64,000 nucleotides of DNA from Prevotella sp. (GTDB lineage: Bacteria; Bacteroidota; Bacteroidia; Bacteroidales; Dysgonomonadaceae), in the NCBI GenBank assembly GCA_031285625.1, contig JAITVV010000007.1:1-64000 (forward strand). The letters run 5' to 3'. The notes beneath the pieces were generated by a model. That model made no database searches. It had not been told where the DNA came from and saw nothing but the letters and a program-made list of their open reading frames with translations. The position numbers and the translations under genes are program-made. Positions 51,058-61,538 of this stretch are shown in pieces. Position 1 is the stretch's first letter, and each line of letters starts with the position of its first letter.

Positions 51058-52260
51058 TTATTCGTTAAAATTGAAGTAATGTAACTCTAAATAGGATTTA
51101 TTGTAAGAAAGAACATTATCCAGATAATCGGATTCTATGCTGATAGCATTCTCCATACTCTGGATATACTGGAAAAAGTCTATCTCTCCGTTTTTATAAC
51201 TCATATCGGCGGTCTTTATGATTTCTTTCGAAAGTATCTGTCCGTTTTCTGTATAGTATTTAATCATCTCCTTATGCTGGTTCAGTTCGGCCTGCTTTTG
51301 CATATAGAAACTTTCCATCTGTATCTCACGGTTACTCCGCATAGCTTCCCAACTTTGTTGTTCCAGTTTCGCAGTTTTTCTTTTCGATATATTTCCGCTA
51401 AAGAATAAAGGGATGGCTACCCCTATCTGAAAACCGTTCTGCCTGTATCCCAAACCTTTATTTGTTCCTGTGAATAATTCAACACTCAGGTCGGGCAGCC
51501 AGTTCTGATTCTGTAATTTTAGTTGGGAAGAATAAGTGTTGCTGACAGTCTCCATATAATTTTTCTGCAATTCCTTACCTATACTGACATTATCGAGGTA
51601 CAACAGATTCAGTTGATTGTTAGATACCTGAAAGTCTTCCTCACTTTGTACCAGTGATTTCAGTTGTTCATATAAAGCCTGTCTCTGACTTTTTAGTTGA
51701 ACCAGTGTTGTATAAATCTGTTTTGATTTGGCTTCCGCTGTAATTTTTTCCAGATAATTGGATTCGCCTAACTCAAACTTACGGCTTCCTGCCTTCGAAA
51801 AAGCGGAATAAAGGCTATCCAGTTGAGCATATAAGACTTCTTTATTTTGTGTATAAACAATCTGTTCATATACAAGGGAAATTGCGAGTATAAGCTTGTT
51901 TTTTTGAATTTCGAACAATGCCTTATTTTGCTCCCATTGCGATTTATATACTTTTTTCTGAGCACCATAAACAGTAGGAAACGAAAATGTCTGTTCAATA
52001 CCAAATACCCTTAATGCCTTGTCATTGGGTGCGACATTATTTTCATCATATCCGTAATAAACAGTCGTTTTATCAAAATCGAAGGCTGTATTGATATTCG
52101 CCTTAGAGGCCTGTGTCTGCAATTGATACGAACTAAGTTCTTTATTGTTGGCAAGTGCTGTCGCTATCAGTCTGTTCAGCTCAGGGTTGTTTTGCGAGCA
52201 GACAACCGGACTAAATGCCAATAACGAGACGAACCATATATTTTTAAATATCTTCTTCAT
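51058..52260 (-). CDS. TolC-family outer membrane protein
   Basis: Signal peptide; EQTFSFPTVY, GVAIPLF, YKNGEIDFFQY; 17-bp overlap with CusA. Confidence 0.85.
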   Translation of the reverse strand: MKKIFKNIWFVSLLAFSPVVCSQNNPELNRLIATALANNKELSSYQLQTQASKANINTAFDFDKTTVYYGYDENNVAPNDKALRVFGIEQTFSFPTVYGAQKKVYKSQWEQNKALFEIQKNKLILAISLVYEQIVYTQNKEVLYAQLDSLYSAFSKAGSRKFELGESNYLEKITAEAKSKQIYTTLVQLKSQRQALYEQLKSLVQSEEDFQVSNNQLNLLYLDNVSIGKELQKNYMETVSNTYSSQLKLQNQNWLPDLSVELFTGTNKGLGYRQNGFQIGVAIPLFFSGNISKRKTAKLEQQSWEAMRSNREIQMESFYMQKQAELNQHKEMIKYYTENGQILSKEIIKTADMSYKNGEIDFFQYIQSMENAISIESDYLDNVLSYNKSYLELHYFNFNE

Positions 52261-55200
52261 CCTGAGTCAGATTTTTGTCAAACATTTTAAATAAGATAGG
52301 CAAAACTACCATTGTAAGAAGGGTTGCTGTAAATAAGCCGCCAATGACTACCGTTGCCAGAGGACGTTGTACTTCCGCTCCTGCCGAAGAAGAAATTGCC
52401 ATAGGAAGGAAACCGAGTGCTGCGGCTGCGGCTGTCAGCGTAACAGGGCGAAGCCTGTCGGTAGTACCTTTCAGTATCAGTTCATCTACATTTTTCATTC
52501 CTCTGTGTTTTAATTCTTTCAGATGCTCTACCAATACAATTCCGTTCAATACAGCAATACCAAACAGAGCAATAAAACCCACTCCTGCCGAAATACTAAA
52601 TGGCATTCCTCTCATCCAGAGCAATAACACACCACCCACAGCCGAAAGAGGTATCGCCGTGAAAACAAGCATCGTCTCTCTCATTGAGCCAAAAGCAAAA
52701 TACAAAAGGATAAAAATGAGGCATAACGCAACAGGAACAGCTATCTTTAAACGGATTATTGCGTTTTGCATATTTTCGAACTGCCCACCGTAAGTCACAT
52801 AGTATCCCGGAGGAAGATTTATTTTCTCAGTAATAATTGCTGAAACATCTTTTACCACACTTTCCATATCGCGGTTACGCACATTCACTCCAATGACAAC
52901 CCGGCGTTTGGTATCGTCACGGGAGATTTTGGCAGGTCCTTCGGTATATTCCACCTTCGCCAGTTCCCGAAGAGGAATTTGTCCACCATTCGGTAGCGGG
53001 ACATACAGATTACGTAAGTCTTCGATATCATTCCGAAGATTTTCTTCCAGACGTATTACCAGATCGAAACGGCGTTCTCCTTCAAATACATTTCCTACAG
53101 TTGTCCCTGCGAAAGATAATGCTACAATATCATTGATGTCGGATATATTCAGGCCGTATTGCGCAATGCGTGTGCGGTTATATTCGACAGTCATTTGCGG
53201 AAGTCCGTCTATTTTTTCTACTATAATGTCGGCAGCACCATCTACATGAGCTATCGCTAACTTAATTTGCTCAGCTTTTTCAGCCAATACGCCTAAATCT
53301 TCTCCGAAAATTTTAATGGCTACATCGGAACGTGTACCCGAGATAAGTTCGTTGAAGCGCATCTCGATAGGTTGGGTAAACTCAATTTCCATGTTTGGGA
53401 TAGTAGCTTCCAGTTCTTCTTTTATCTTGTCGGCTAACTCGTCTTTCGAACTTGCCGATACCCATTCGCTTTTTGGCTTTACTTTTACGATGATGTCGCT
53501 TTCCTCCATCGACATAGGATCGGTAGGTACTTCGGCTGCACCGATACGGCTTACTATTTGCTCTACTTCAGGGAATTTATCCAGAATTGTCTTTTCTATT
53601 AATGTAGTTGTCTCAATTGTCTTTGCTAAAGAAGTCCCTGTTTTGAGAACAGGTTGAATTACAAAATCGCCTTCGTCCAATTGAGGTATAAACTCTCCTC
53701 CCATCCGAGAAAATATAACGAGTGCCAAAATAAGCAAACCAACTGCTCCTGCCAATGTTTTCTTAGTATGCTTTAGAGCCCATGTGATAACAGGTAAATA
53801 AGAACGGGTCAGTAACCTCATTATACGGACTGTTATTCCGTTTCTTTTTTGTACCTGCGGTTTTATAATGAGAGATGAAGCTACGGGAACATAGGTAAGG
53901 CAAAGCAACATTGCCCCTATAAGTGCAAAGCTGAAAGTGAGCGCCATAGGGCGGAACATTTTCCCTTCCACACCCGAAAGAGAGAGTATAGGAATAAATA
54001 CTATTAAGATTATAAATTGTCCGAAGATGGCCGAGTTCATCATTGTAGATGAACTGCTTAGCGTTATCCTGTCAGTTTCTTTCTTTCTGTCGGATATGGG
54101 CAGATGGCTAAGTTTAGAAGCATTTGCCGTCATTTGGGCTGAGACAAATTCTACGATGATGACCGCACCGTCTATAATGATACCGAAATCAATTGCGCCC
54201 AGACTCATCAGGTTGGCGTCTATACCGAATATCCTCATCAGGGAGATGGCGAACAAGAGTGAAAGCGGTATAACTGATGCGACAACAATTCCCGAACGGA
54301 AATTACCAAGTAAAAGCACTACCACAAATACCACAATCAGACATCCCAGAATAAGGTTTTCGGCAACTGTGAAAGTTGTTTTAGCTACCAACTCACTACG
54401 TTCAAGGAATGCATTAATATATACACCTTCGGGAAGGACTTTCTGTACTTCCTCTACACGTTCTTTTACGGCATTGATGGTTTCTTTTGAGTCTGCCCCT
54501 TTGAGCATCATTATCTGACCAAGCACTTTTTCGCCTTCGCCATTGCCTGTGATTGCTCCAAAGCGGTTAGCACTGCCAAAACGTACTGTGGCAATATCTT
54601 TAACTAAGACGGGAATACCATTTTTGACTACAATATTTTCAATATCCGCAATGGAACTTATTTTTCCTTCGCCACGAATGAAATAACTTTGGTTGACTTT
54701 TTCGATATATGCTCCACCAGCAATACTGTTATTCTTCTCTAAAGCATTTACTAAATCGCTGGTAGTTATAGACATTGCCTTCAATCGGGACGGATTGATA
54801 GCGACTTCATATTGTTTAAGATAGCCTCCCCACGTATTGATTTCGACTACTCCGGGAATACCTGACAGTTGTCGTTTTACTATCCAGTCCTGTATAGTGC
54901 GCAGGTCGGCAACGGAATACCTGTCTTTATATTCAGGTTTTACATCTAAAACATATTGATAAATTTCGCCCAATCCTGTTGAAATAGGCCCCATTTCAGG
55001 AGAACCGAAACCTTCGGGTATGAGTTCGGATGCGGTTTTTATCTTTTCGGCTATTAGTTGCCGTGGAAGGTAAGTACCCATACCTTCATCGAAAACAATA
55101 GTTACTACCGACAGCCCGAATTTGGAAACAGAACGTATTTCCTGTACACCTGGCAGGTTAGCCATTTCCATTTCGATGGGGTAAGTAATAAACTGCTCGA

Positions 55201-55381
55201 TATCTTCGGTAGAAAGGTTAGTGGAAGTAGTAATAACCTGTACCTGATTGTTTGTAATATCGGGCACAGCCCCGATGGGTATATGGAATACGGAATAAAT
55301 GCCATACATAAATATGGCTGAAGTAAACAATAAGACAATAAGCTTGCGGTTGAGACTGAACCGTATAATCTTTTCTAACAT
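52244..55381 (-). CDS. CusA/CzcA heavy-metal RND transporter
   Basis: PIGAVPDITNNQVQV, DFGIIIDGAVIIVE, RLRPV, EVQRPLATVV. Confidence 0.94.
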   Translation of the reverse strand: MLEKIIRFSLNRKLIVLLFTSAIFMYGIYSVFHIPIGAVPDITNNQVQVITTSTNLSTEDIEQFITYPIEMEMANLPGVQEIRSVSKFGLSVVTIVFDEGMGTYLPRQLIAEKIKTASELIPEGFGSPEMGPISTGLGEIYQYVLDVKPEYKDRYSVADLRTIQDWIVKRQLSGIPGVVEINTWGGYLKQYEVAINPSRLKAMSITTSDLVNALEKNNSIAGGAYIEKVNQSYFIRGEGKISSIADIENIVVKNGIPVLVKDIATVRFGSANRFGAITGNGEGEKVLGQIMMLKGADSKETINAVKERVEEVQKVLPEGVYINAFLERSELVAKTTFTVAENLILGCLIVVFVVVLLLGNFRSGIVVASVIPLSLLFAISLMRIFGIDANLMSLGAIDFGIIIDGAVIIVEFVSAQMTANASKLSHLPISDRKKETDRITLSSSSTMMNSAIFGQFIILIVFIPILSLSGVEGKMFRPMALTFSFALIGAMLLCLTYVPVASSLIIKPQVQKRNGITVRIMRLLTRSYLPVITWALKHTKKTLAGAVGLLILALVIFSRMGGEFIPQLDEGDFVIQPVLKTGTSLAKTIETTTLIEKTILDKFPEVEQIVSRIGAAEVPTDPMSMEESDIIVKVKPKSEWVSASSKDELADKIKEELEATIPNMEIEFTQPIEMRFNELISGTRSDVAIKIFGEDLGVLAEKAEQIKLAIAHVDGAADIIVEKIDGLPQMTVEYNRTRIAQYGLNISDINDIVALSFAGTTVGNVFEGERRFDLVIRLEENLRNDIEDLRNLYVPLPNGGQIPLRELAKVEYTEGPAKISRDDTKRRVVIGVNVRNRDMESVVKDVSAIITEKINLPPGYYVTYGGQFENMQNAIIRLKIAVPVALCLIFILLYFAFGSMRETMLVFTAIPLSAVGGVLLLWMRGMPFSISAGVGFIALFGIAVLNGIVLVEHLKELKHRGMKNVDELILKGTTDRLRPVTLTAAAAALGFLPMAISSSAGAEVQRPLATVVIGGLFTATLLTMVVLPILFKMFDKNLTQDEEDI

Positions 55382-55413
55382 TTACCTTTTCTTTTACCTG
55401 TTTTAATAACAAA

Positions 55414-55460
55414 CAAAATTAGAGGTATGTTAAAATAGTTTGCTTAAGATTTGCTTAAGA
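55414..55460 (-). promoter_or_regulatory. RND-3 promoter: perfect 11-bp tandem repeat plus -7 box
   Basis: Minus strand TCTTAAGCAAA x2 (55439-55460), TAATTTTG at 55414-55421. Confidence 0.65.
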
Positions 55461-56840
55461 TTGGGGAATCTTTAGTTTGACTGTAGTCCCGTCACCCTCT
55501 TTGCTGAACAGTTCTATCTGAATATTGAGAAGTGAACAGAATCTTTTCACGATGGATAATCCTAAGCCAAAGCCTTTGATGTCAGCGTGATCGGTAGAAC
55601 GGTAAAACTTATCGAAAATCTTTCCCTTGTCTTTTTCGGGAATACCTATGCCGTTATCCTTAATTTCGCAGAAAATATATTTATCCTGTTCTTTGACCTT
55701 AATCTCGATTTCTCCATCCTGATGCGAATACTTAATAGCATTGGAAAGAATATTATTGATGATGGTAGATAACAGGTATACATCAGTTTTCAATAAGATG
55801 TTCTCAGGTAAAATATCAGTTTTTATATGGATATTTTTCTGTTGTATATTTTCAGAGAAAAACTTAATAATTTCATCGATAGTCTGCTTAATATTTATAT
55901 CTTCTGGCTTTAAAGTTTGCTTTTGGTTTTCATACCGGGTAAGGATAAGCAATTCATCTACCAGATGATTTAAGCGGTCAATTTCTTTAACACAATATCT
56001 TACTTTTTTTTCGTATTCTTCCTGTTGACGCGGTTTCCGAATAAGTACTTCAAGAGTCCCTTTCAGTACAGCCAAAGGTGTGCGGAATTCGTGCGAAGCA
56101 TACGATGTAAAAGATTTTTCCCGTTCTATTGCTTTTTCTATACGGTCGAGAAGCTGATTGATAGTATCCGAAAGAATATACAACTCGTCTTTGTTGTGAG
56201 GTAGAGGAATACGCTCTGTCAGGTTATCCCGTGTGATTTTATTGGACGTATTTATTATTTCATTGATTGGCTTGATACTTCTGCCGGCAATAAAACGGGC
56301 CACGAAAAACAATATTATGAGAATTACAGGAAAGGTGATAAGCATAATATGCCTTAACGTTTCCAAAACGACCTCCGAACCTTCACGGGCAACTGCCACT
56401 AAAAGATGGCCTACACGTTTTCCGTTCTCATCCAAAATCGGAACCTGTACCTGCCTTATTCGCTTTTCGGCAAGTTCGCCATTAAAAAAGACATTATCTT
56501 TTTGGGTCGAATCATATAATAAATGGCTTTCTTTCAGGTTGGGAGATTTATCTATAAGATTGCCATCTATATCGAGGAACTCAATAAATACAGGATCAAC
56601 GCCAACTGTATTATGTTCTCTTTCCATCCATTCCTTATGTCTCTTCAAAGCGATTTTCCCATCTTTGACTTCTACCTCCTGCGAATGACGGTCTACTTCG
56701 CGTTGCAAATCTTCATTCAGATGACCTGACACACTAAATTCCACAACCAGATATATAGTGACAAATACAAAACCAATCAGCAAAGCCGTTGTGATTATGT
56801 AATTGAGAGCGATCCTATTCCTAAATGAAAAATTCTGCAT
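55455..56840 (-). CDS. HAMP sensor histidine kinase
   Basis: SHEFRTP, NILSNAIKYS, DNGIGI, GFGLGL. Confidence 0.93.
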   Translation of the reverse strand: MQNFSFRNRIALNYIITTALLIGFVFVTIYLVVEFSVSGHLNEDLQREVDRHSQEVEVKDGKIALKRHKEWMEREHNTVGVDPVFIEFLDIDGNLIDKSPNLKESHLLYDSTQKDNVFFNGELAEKRIRQVQVPILDENGKRVGHLLVAVAREGSEVVLETLRHIMLITFPVILIILFFVARFIAGRSIKPINEIINTSNKITRDNLTERIPLPHNKDELYILSDTINQLLDRIEKAIEREKSFTSYASHEFRTPLAVLKGTLEVLIRKPRQQEEYEKKVRYCVKEIDRLNHLVDELLILTRYENQKQTLKPEDINIKQTIDEIIKFFSENIQQKNIHIKTDILPENILLKTDVYLLSTIINNILSNAIKYSHQDGEIEIKVKEQDKYIFCEIKDNGIGIPEKDKGKIFDKFYRSTDHADIKGFGLGLSIVKRFCSLLNIQIELFSKEGDGTTVKLKIPQS

Positions 56841-56842
56841 AT

Positions 56843-57508
56843 CTAATCGTTAGCTATATATCCTACTCCTCTGATGGTTTTGATATATCCGTTGTCTTTA
56901 TCCAAATTGAGTTTCTTACGTATGGCATTAATAAATACGTCTATTACACCAGTGTCATATTCAAAATTAATACCCCATACTTTCTCTATAATTTCATCCC
57001 TTTTGCACACACTTCCCTTATTTTTAATAAGGAATTCCAACAATTCAAACTCTCGCTGCGTAAGGGCAACATCCAGAGAATCGACCTTTACTTCATATGT
57101 TTTTAGGTTAAGAGAAATATTACCCAAAGTAAGGTTTGATCTTCCTTTATAATTTCGAAAATGAATTTTTATTCTTTCCAGCAATTCTTCAAAGCTAAAC
57201 GGCTTTTTGATATAATCATTTGCACCCGACTGTAACCCTTCTATTGTTTCCTGTATTGTATCTTTAGCAGTCAAAAACAGAATAGGTACCTCAGCATCTA
57301 TTTCACGGATCGATTTACACACTTCAATCCCTGTCATTTGGGGTAACATCCAGTCAAGAAGAATAAGGTCAGGCTTCTCCGATTGGAAAAGTTCGATCCC
57401 TTGTTTACCGTTCGTGGCAATAGCTACCCTGTAACCTTCTTCTTCAAGTCCCTGCTTCAGAAAATTCCAGATTCCCGGCTCATCTTCTATGATAATGATA
57501 TACTGCAT
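56843..57508 (-). CDS. OmpR-family response regulator
   Basis: IIEDE, LLDWMLP, GANDYIKKPF, IKTIRGVGY; ATG at 57508. Confidence 0.92.
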   Translation of the reverse strand: MQYIIIIEDEPGIWNFLKQGLEEEGYRVAIATNGKQGIELFQSEKPDLILLDWMLPQMTGIEVCKSIREIDAEVPILFLTAKDTIQETIEGLQSGANDYIKKPFSFEELLERIKIHFRNYKGRSNLTLGNISLNLKTYEVKVDSLDVALTQREFELLEFLIKNKGSVCKRDEIIEKVWGINFEYDTGVIDVFINAIRKKLNLDKDNGYIKTIRGVGYIAND

Positions 57509-57585
57509 AATGTGCAAAGATATGATAAATATGTTTTATAATTTAATCTTCTTGATAAGATAGAAGGTTAAGACAATCATGAGTA

Positions 57586-57921
57586 CTATAAATTAAAAGT
57601 CTCATCTATAGCCTTTACAATTTCTACATGTATATCAATTTTATCTCCTATAAAACGAGGTACATTATCTATTGTTTTTTTAAATAAAGTAGATGCAAAA
57701 TCCGGGCAATTCTTCAATTCACTTGATGTAATTTTATAAGAACCTCTCAGCCTATTATTATTCCATCTGTAAATTGAAATAAAATACAATTTCATATTTC
57801 TCTCTATAAAGCAAATTAGCTCCACATTACCAACAATTTTGTTATATACACAACTAGTATTCTTTTCTTCTTTTTTAAAATCATGAAGAGCTAATTCGTG
57901 TTCTATATACCGAATGATCAT
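57586..57921 (-). CDS. Hypothetical protein
   Basis: 111-aa ORF in AT-rich DNA; no motif recognised. Confidence 0.5.
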   Translation of the reverse strand: MIIRYIEHELALHDFKKEEKNTSCVYNKIVGNVELICFIERNMKLYFISIYRWNNNRLRGSYKITSSELKNCPDFASTLFKKTIDNVPRFIGDKIDIHVEIVKAIDETFNL

Positions 57922-58763
57922 ATCTAATATAATTTTATGTAATCAGGGAAATATATTATATTAACAAATAAACAACTCCTCTTGTTCATAGCCCTTTCAA
58001 GAGAACATCATATATCATACATATTATCAATAAATTAGATTACACCACAATGAATTAACAAATTTATCACTCGATAAAAAACTGTGAATAATAATAACTA
58101 TTAATTTGTTATAAATAGTTAATTGCATCTTTTTATCAAAGATTATTTACCAAAATTTTATCAAAAAATGTACTGTTGTTAACATTAAGGTATTAAAAAC
58201 CTATACAATTTTATCAAATTTAACATTATTTAATATTTAAAACCGTATAAAAATAGGTCTCTTTCATATTAATTAACATATTTATAGCTAATAAATCATA
58301 CACTATTGCAACCTCCTTATTCGCAAATTATTTCACTTAATATACAACTATACACAAATGATTTATTCTTTGAGAAATCACTGTTCCAGCGCTTATTCTT
58401 TCTCTCTTACTAAATATTTCCTGAAATTAAATATTCACAACATCTATCTTTATTTACGAAGAATAGAGCATATTTATTTTTTTTATAGATGAAAAAATTT
58501 ACATAAAACACTGTTGAGATATAAAAAGTTCAAGTTAAACACAACTAAATATTCCATAAACAATACACTGAAAAATACTGTTAAAAACTACGAAAATCAA
58601 ATGTGATTAGAATCAAAAAAACGTAAGAAAGATATAAAATCATCTTATCATATTTTTCTATCTGAGTATTTCAGGTATAAACTATTTTGTGCCTAATTTG
58701 ATTAAGAGCATTCACAAACACAAAATAAACAACTGATTTTAAATCATTTAATATAAATAAATT

Positions 58764-59027
58764 ATGGAAGGATTAGGTATTATTTGGTCGATTATAATCG
58801 GCATTCTGGCTGGAGCTATTGCAGGCTGGCTAATGAAAGGGAGCGGTTTCGGATGGATTATGAATCTGGTTGTGGGACTGGTAGGCAGTGTGCTTGGTGG
58901 CTGGATTTACGGTTTACTTGGATTTCACACAGATAGTATATTAGGTGTACTCCTAATGTCGATAGTAGGTGCTGTAGTATTATTAGGTATACTATCGTTG
59001 TTTATGAGAATTAGAAATAGAGATTAA
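58764..59027 (+). CDS. GlsB/YeaQ/YmgE (transglycosylase-associated) membrane protein
   Basis: IIIGILAGAIAGWLM...GLVGSVLGGWI...IVGAVVLL. Confidence 0.9.
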   Translation: MEGLGIIWSIIIGILAGAIAGWLMKGSGFGWIMNLVVGLVGSVLGGWIYGLLGFHTDSILGVLLMSIVGAVVLLGILSLFMRIRNRD

Positions 59028-59047
59028 ATAACTAAAAAAATTAAATT

Positions 59048-59257
59048 ATGAAAAAAGTAATTATGGGTACGGTTGCCGGTATAGCTACTGGATATTTTCT
59101 TCGCAAAATTCAGGAAAGAGCATATTTTCATGAAATGTGTGATGATATAAGCGGATTAGGGTTTAAGGCAAAAAAGAAGTTCAAAAATGCAATGGACAGA
59201 GGAATGAATGAGGCTGAATATATAAAGGATCAAGTCGAAAGTAAAGCAAACAAATAA
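59048..59257 (+). CDS. Small YtxH-like hypothetical protein
   Basis: Short N-terminal hydrophobic GxxxG helix then charged helix. Confidence 0.6.
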   Translation: MKKVIMGTVAGIATGYFLRKIQERAYFHEMCDDISGLGFKAKKKFKNAMDRGMNEAEYIKDQVESKANK

Positions 59258-59309
59258 CTAAAATCAAGAGGTGGGGAAAGTTTAATATTAATAATAAAAA
59301 AAAACAGAA

Positions 59310-60494
59310 ATGAAGACTTCACTTACTATTATTTTCATGGTATTCGTAGGTTTATTAATGACTGCCTGCCAAAGTGAGAATGATGATTTAAACATCGGTA
59401 CTGATACTGGAATAGAAGGTAAAACATCAGTAAAATTTGAATTAGATGCAAGTGCAATTGGTTATGAAGTATCAACTAAAGCAGCACAATTTTCCCCAAC
59501 CTATACGAAAGATGGATTTAGTATTTATGCCTTCAGGCAAGGAGTTGGAGGAACAGATTATGTATATGAAAAAACAATTAGCCTGACTAATCTAAGTTAC
59601 TCTTCTTCAACAAAAAAATTAACGGGTAGCGATTTATTACCTATCGGTACGTACAAATTTTTGCCTGTCTATGGACTAGCTAATCAATCAACTCTGCTGA
59701 CTATACCTACATGGAGCACTCAAACATTAAGTAACGATTTTACAATCAAATATAGTGGAGGCAGAGGCTTAACAGAAATATTTCTGCCTATCACCATAGG
59801 AAACATCGACGCACTAACCTCATATGATATGGGATTAACAAGTACTGCTAACGAAACAGTTACAGCCTCTTTACAAAGGGCAGTATCACGTGTGGATGTT
59901 ATGTTTATCAAAGCTACAAAAGCCGATGATGGTACATATACAGAAACTGCTTATCCTACCGGCAAAGACGTATTTGGTCAAAAAGCCATAAAAACATTGC
60001 AAATGCGTTATAAAGGGCTAAATAATCTGATGAGTTTCTTTGGGACAAACCTCACTACTACTGTTTTCAATGCAAACATAAACCTCGACCTTTCAAAGAA
60101 TATTATTCTTAAAGGAGAGCATCCGACAGAAACAGCTATAGGTAAAGGGTCTTATCTGAGCTATGATAACATTAGTTCTAATGACTTGATATTCGGAGGA
60201 GCACACATATTTGGAAATTATTTATTCCCTAATAGTACTGCAGATAAAACAACTTCCTTAGAAATATATATTGAGCCGGAAGGTGGGATTGGAAGAACAA
60301 TAAATGTAAGTTATGACAATGATCATAAATTGCCAATAGAACGAAACAAAGTAACAATTGTGAAAATCTATGTATTAGACAGTGATCCTGATAATCCAAA
60401 TCCACCGACAGTATTTGATACCACAGTTAATTTTGAGGTAGAAATCGAAACAGTTTGGAATGGTAGTAATGAAGTTACAGGAGAGATAAACTAA
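59310..60494 (+). CDS. FimB/Mfa2-like fimbrial lipoprotein
   Basis: Lipobox MTAC; STKA processing-like site; GTYKFL, LQRAVSRVDV, LPIERNKVT. Confidence 0.72.
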   Translation: MKTSLTIIFMVFVGLLMTACQSENDDLNIGTDTGIEGKTSVKFELDASAIGYEVSTKAAQFSPTYTKDGFSIYAFRQGVGGTDYVYEKTISLTNLSYSSSTKKLTGSDLLPIGTYKFLPVYGLANQSTLLTIPTWSTQTLSNDFTIKYSGGRGLTEIFLPITIGNIDALTSYDMGLTSTANETVTASLQRAVSRVDVMFIKATKADDGTYTETAYPTGKDVFGQKAIKTLQMRYKGLNNLMSFFGTNLTTTVFNANINLDLSKNIILKGEHPTETAIGKGSYLSYDNISSNDLIFGGAHIFGNYLFPNSTADKTTSLEIYIEPEGGIGRTINVSYDNDHKLPIERNKVTIVKIYVLDSDPDNPNPPTVFDTTVNFEVEIETVWNGSNEVTGEIN

Positions 60495-60558
60495 TATCAC
60501 TTTCCGAAATAGATAAATGTATTAATAAGTTTTTACAAGAGATTAAAACCGAAACAAC

Positions 60559-61518
60559 ATGAAAAAACGCTATTATATAATATGGATGTGGATGTTGATT
60601 GTCTTGCTAACAGCATGTAGCAATAAAGATGAAGATGTGTTTGATCATGGTAATCCTACACTGGATCACAAAAGTGAGGCCATAACTTTTTCCCAGGAAA
60701 TGGGAGGTGTTTCGGTTTTAATTTTCAATGAAAGCAATGATAACTTTAAATATCTGAGAAGTATTGTTTCCGGCTGGTCTACTGATGGTAAAGTCTCGAC
60801 TCGATTAAATTTAGGTAAATATAAGTTTTTGTTCTTAAAGTCAGCCGGAACAAGTACTTCTCTATATCCTGCTTCATTTGATGATAACACATCCTTTGAT
60901 GACATAAAAATCATAGCTAAAACTGATACCCAAAATGAAAATTATGTTCTACCTGTTGACGAAATATGGTTGCCTGAAACGGAGGAGTTAGCCAAAACCA
61001 TTTATACAATAGTAGATGAAACCACTGTTCAGAATAAACTGACCCGTGCAGTAAGCCAAATAATAGTTCATGTAAAACGTGTAGCGAACGAAAGTGGAAA
61101 GATAACAGAACTTCCATTTCCTCCCGGAAAAAACATTACAGATGATATTAAAGAAATAAAACTTGATATAAATGGTGTCGGAGAAGCTGTAAATATCAGA
61201 GGAGGAATAGGATCTACAAAAACAAAAGATATCTTAGATGAAGTAACTGATATTGATGATTACGGATTTGCGACATATAATGGTCCATTTGTTTTTCCTA
61301 AAGAAACAGCCGGACAAAGTACAATAAATATATCAGTTATACCTTCTGAAGACAGTGTATTTCCAGATATGAATACTTCTGTAAACGGCCGGCTCGAAAG
61401 AAATAAGAAGCTGGAAATTACACTCTTGGTAACTGCAACATATCAACTCATAGATATTACTGTGGACACAAATCCTATGAAAGAAATAGCCCAGGGTGAT
61501 TCTGGAATATGGGAATAA
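60559..61518 (+). CDS. FimB/Mfa2-like lipoprotein
   Basis: Lipobox LTAC; GKYKFLF, LTRAVSQI, LERNKKLEI. Confidence 0.72.
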   Translation: MKKRYYIIWMWMLIVLLTACSNKDEDVFDHGNPTLDHKSEAITFSQEMGGVSVLIFNESNDNFKYLRSIVSGWSTDGKVSTRLNLGKYKFLFLKSAGTSTSLYPASFDDNTSFDDIKIIAKTDTQNENYVLPVDEIWLPETEELAKTIYTIVDETTVQNKLTRAVSQIIVHVKRVANESGKITELPFPPGKNITDDIKEIKLDINGVGEAVNIRGGIGSTKTKDILDEVTDIDDYGFATYNGPFVFPKETAGQSTINISVIPSEDSVFPDMNTSVNGRLERNKKLEITLLVTATYQLIDITVDTNPMKEIAQGDSGIWE

Positions 61519-61538
61519 TAAAGCTTAAAAGAAAAAGG

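Noticed and set aside
57922-58763. Very AT-rich 840-bp gap as ncRNA, origin or island end
   Set aside because: No att core, repeat array or convincing stem found by eye; right end of a third unit not located
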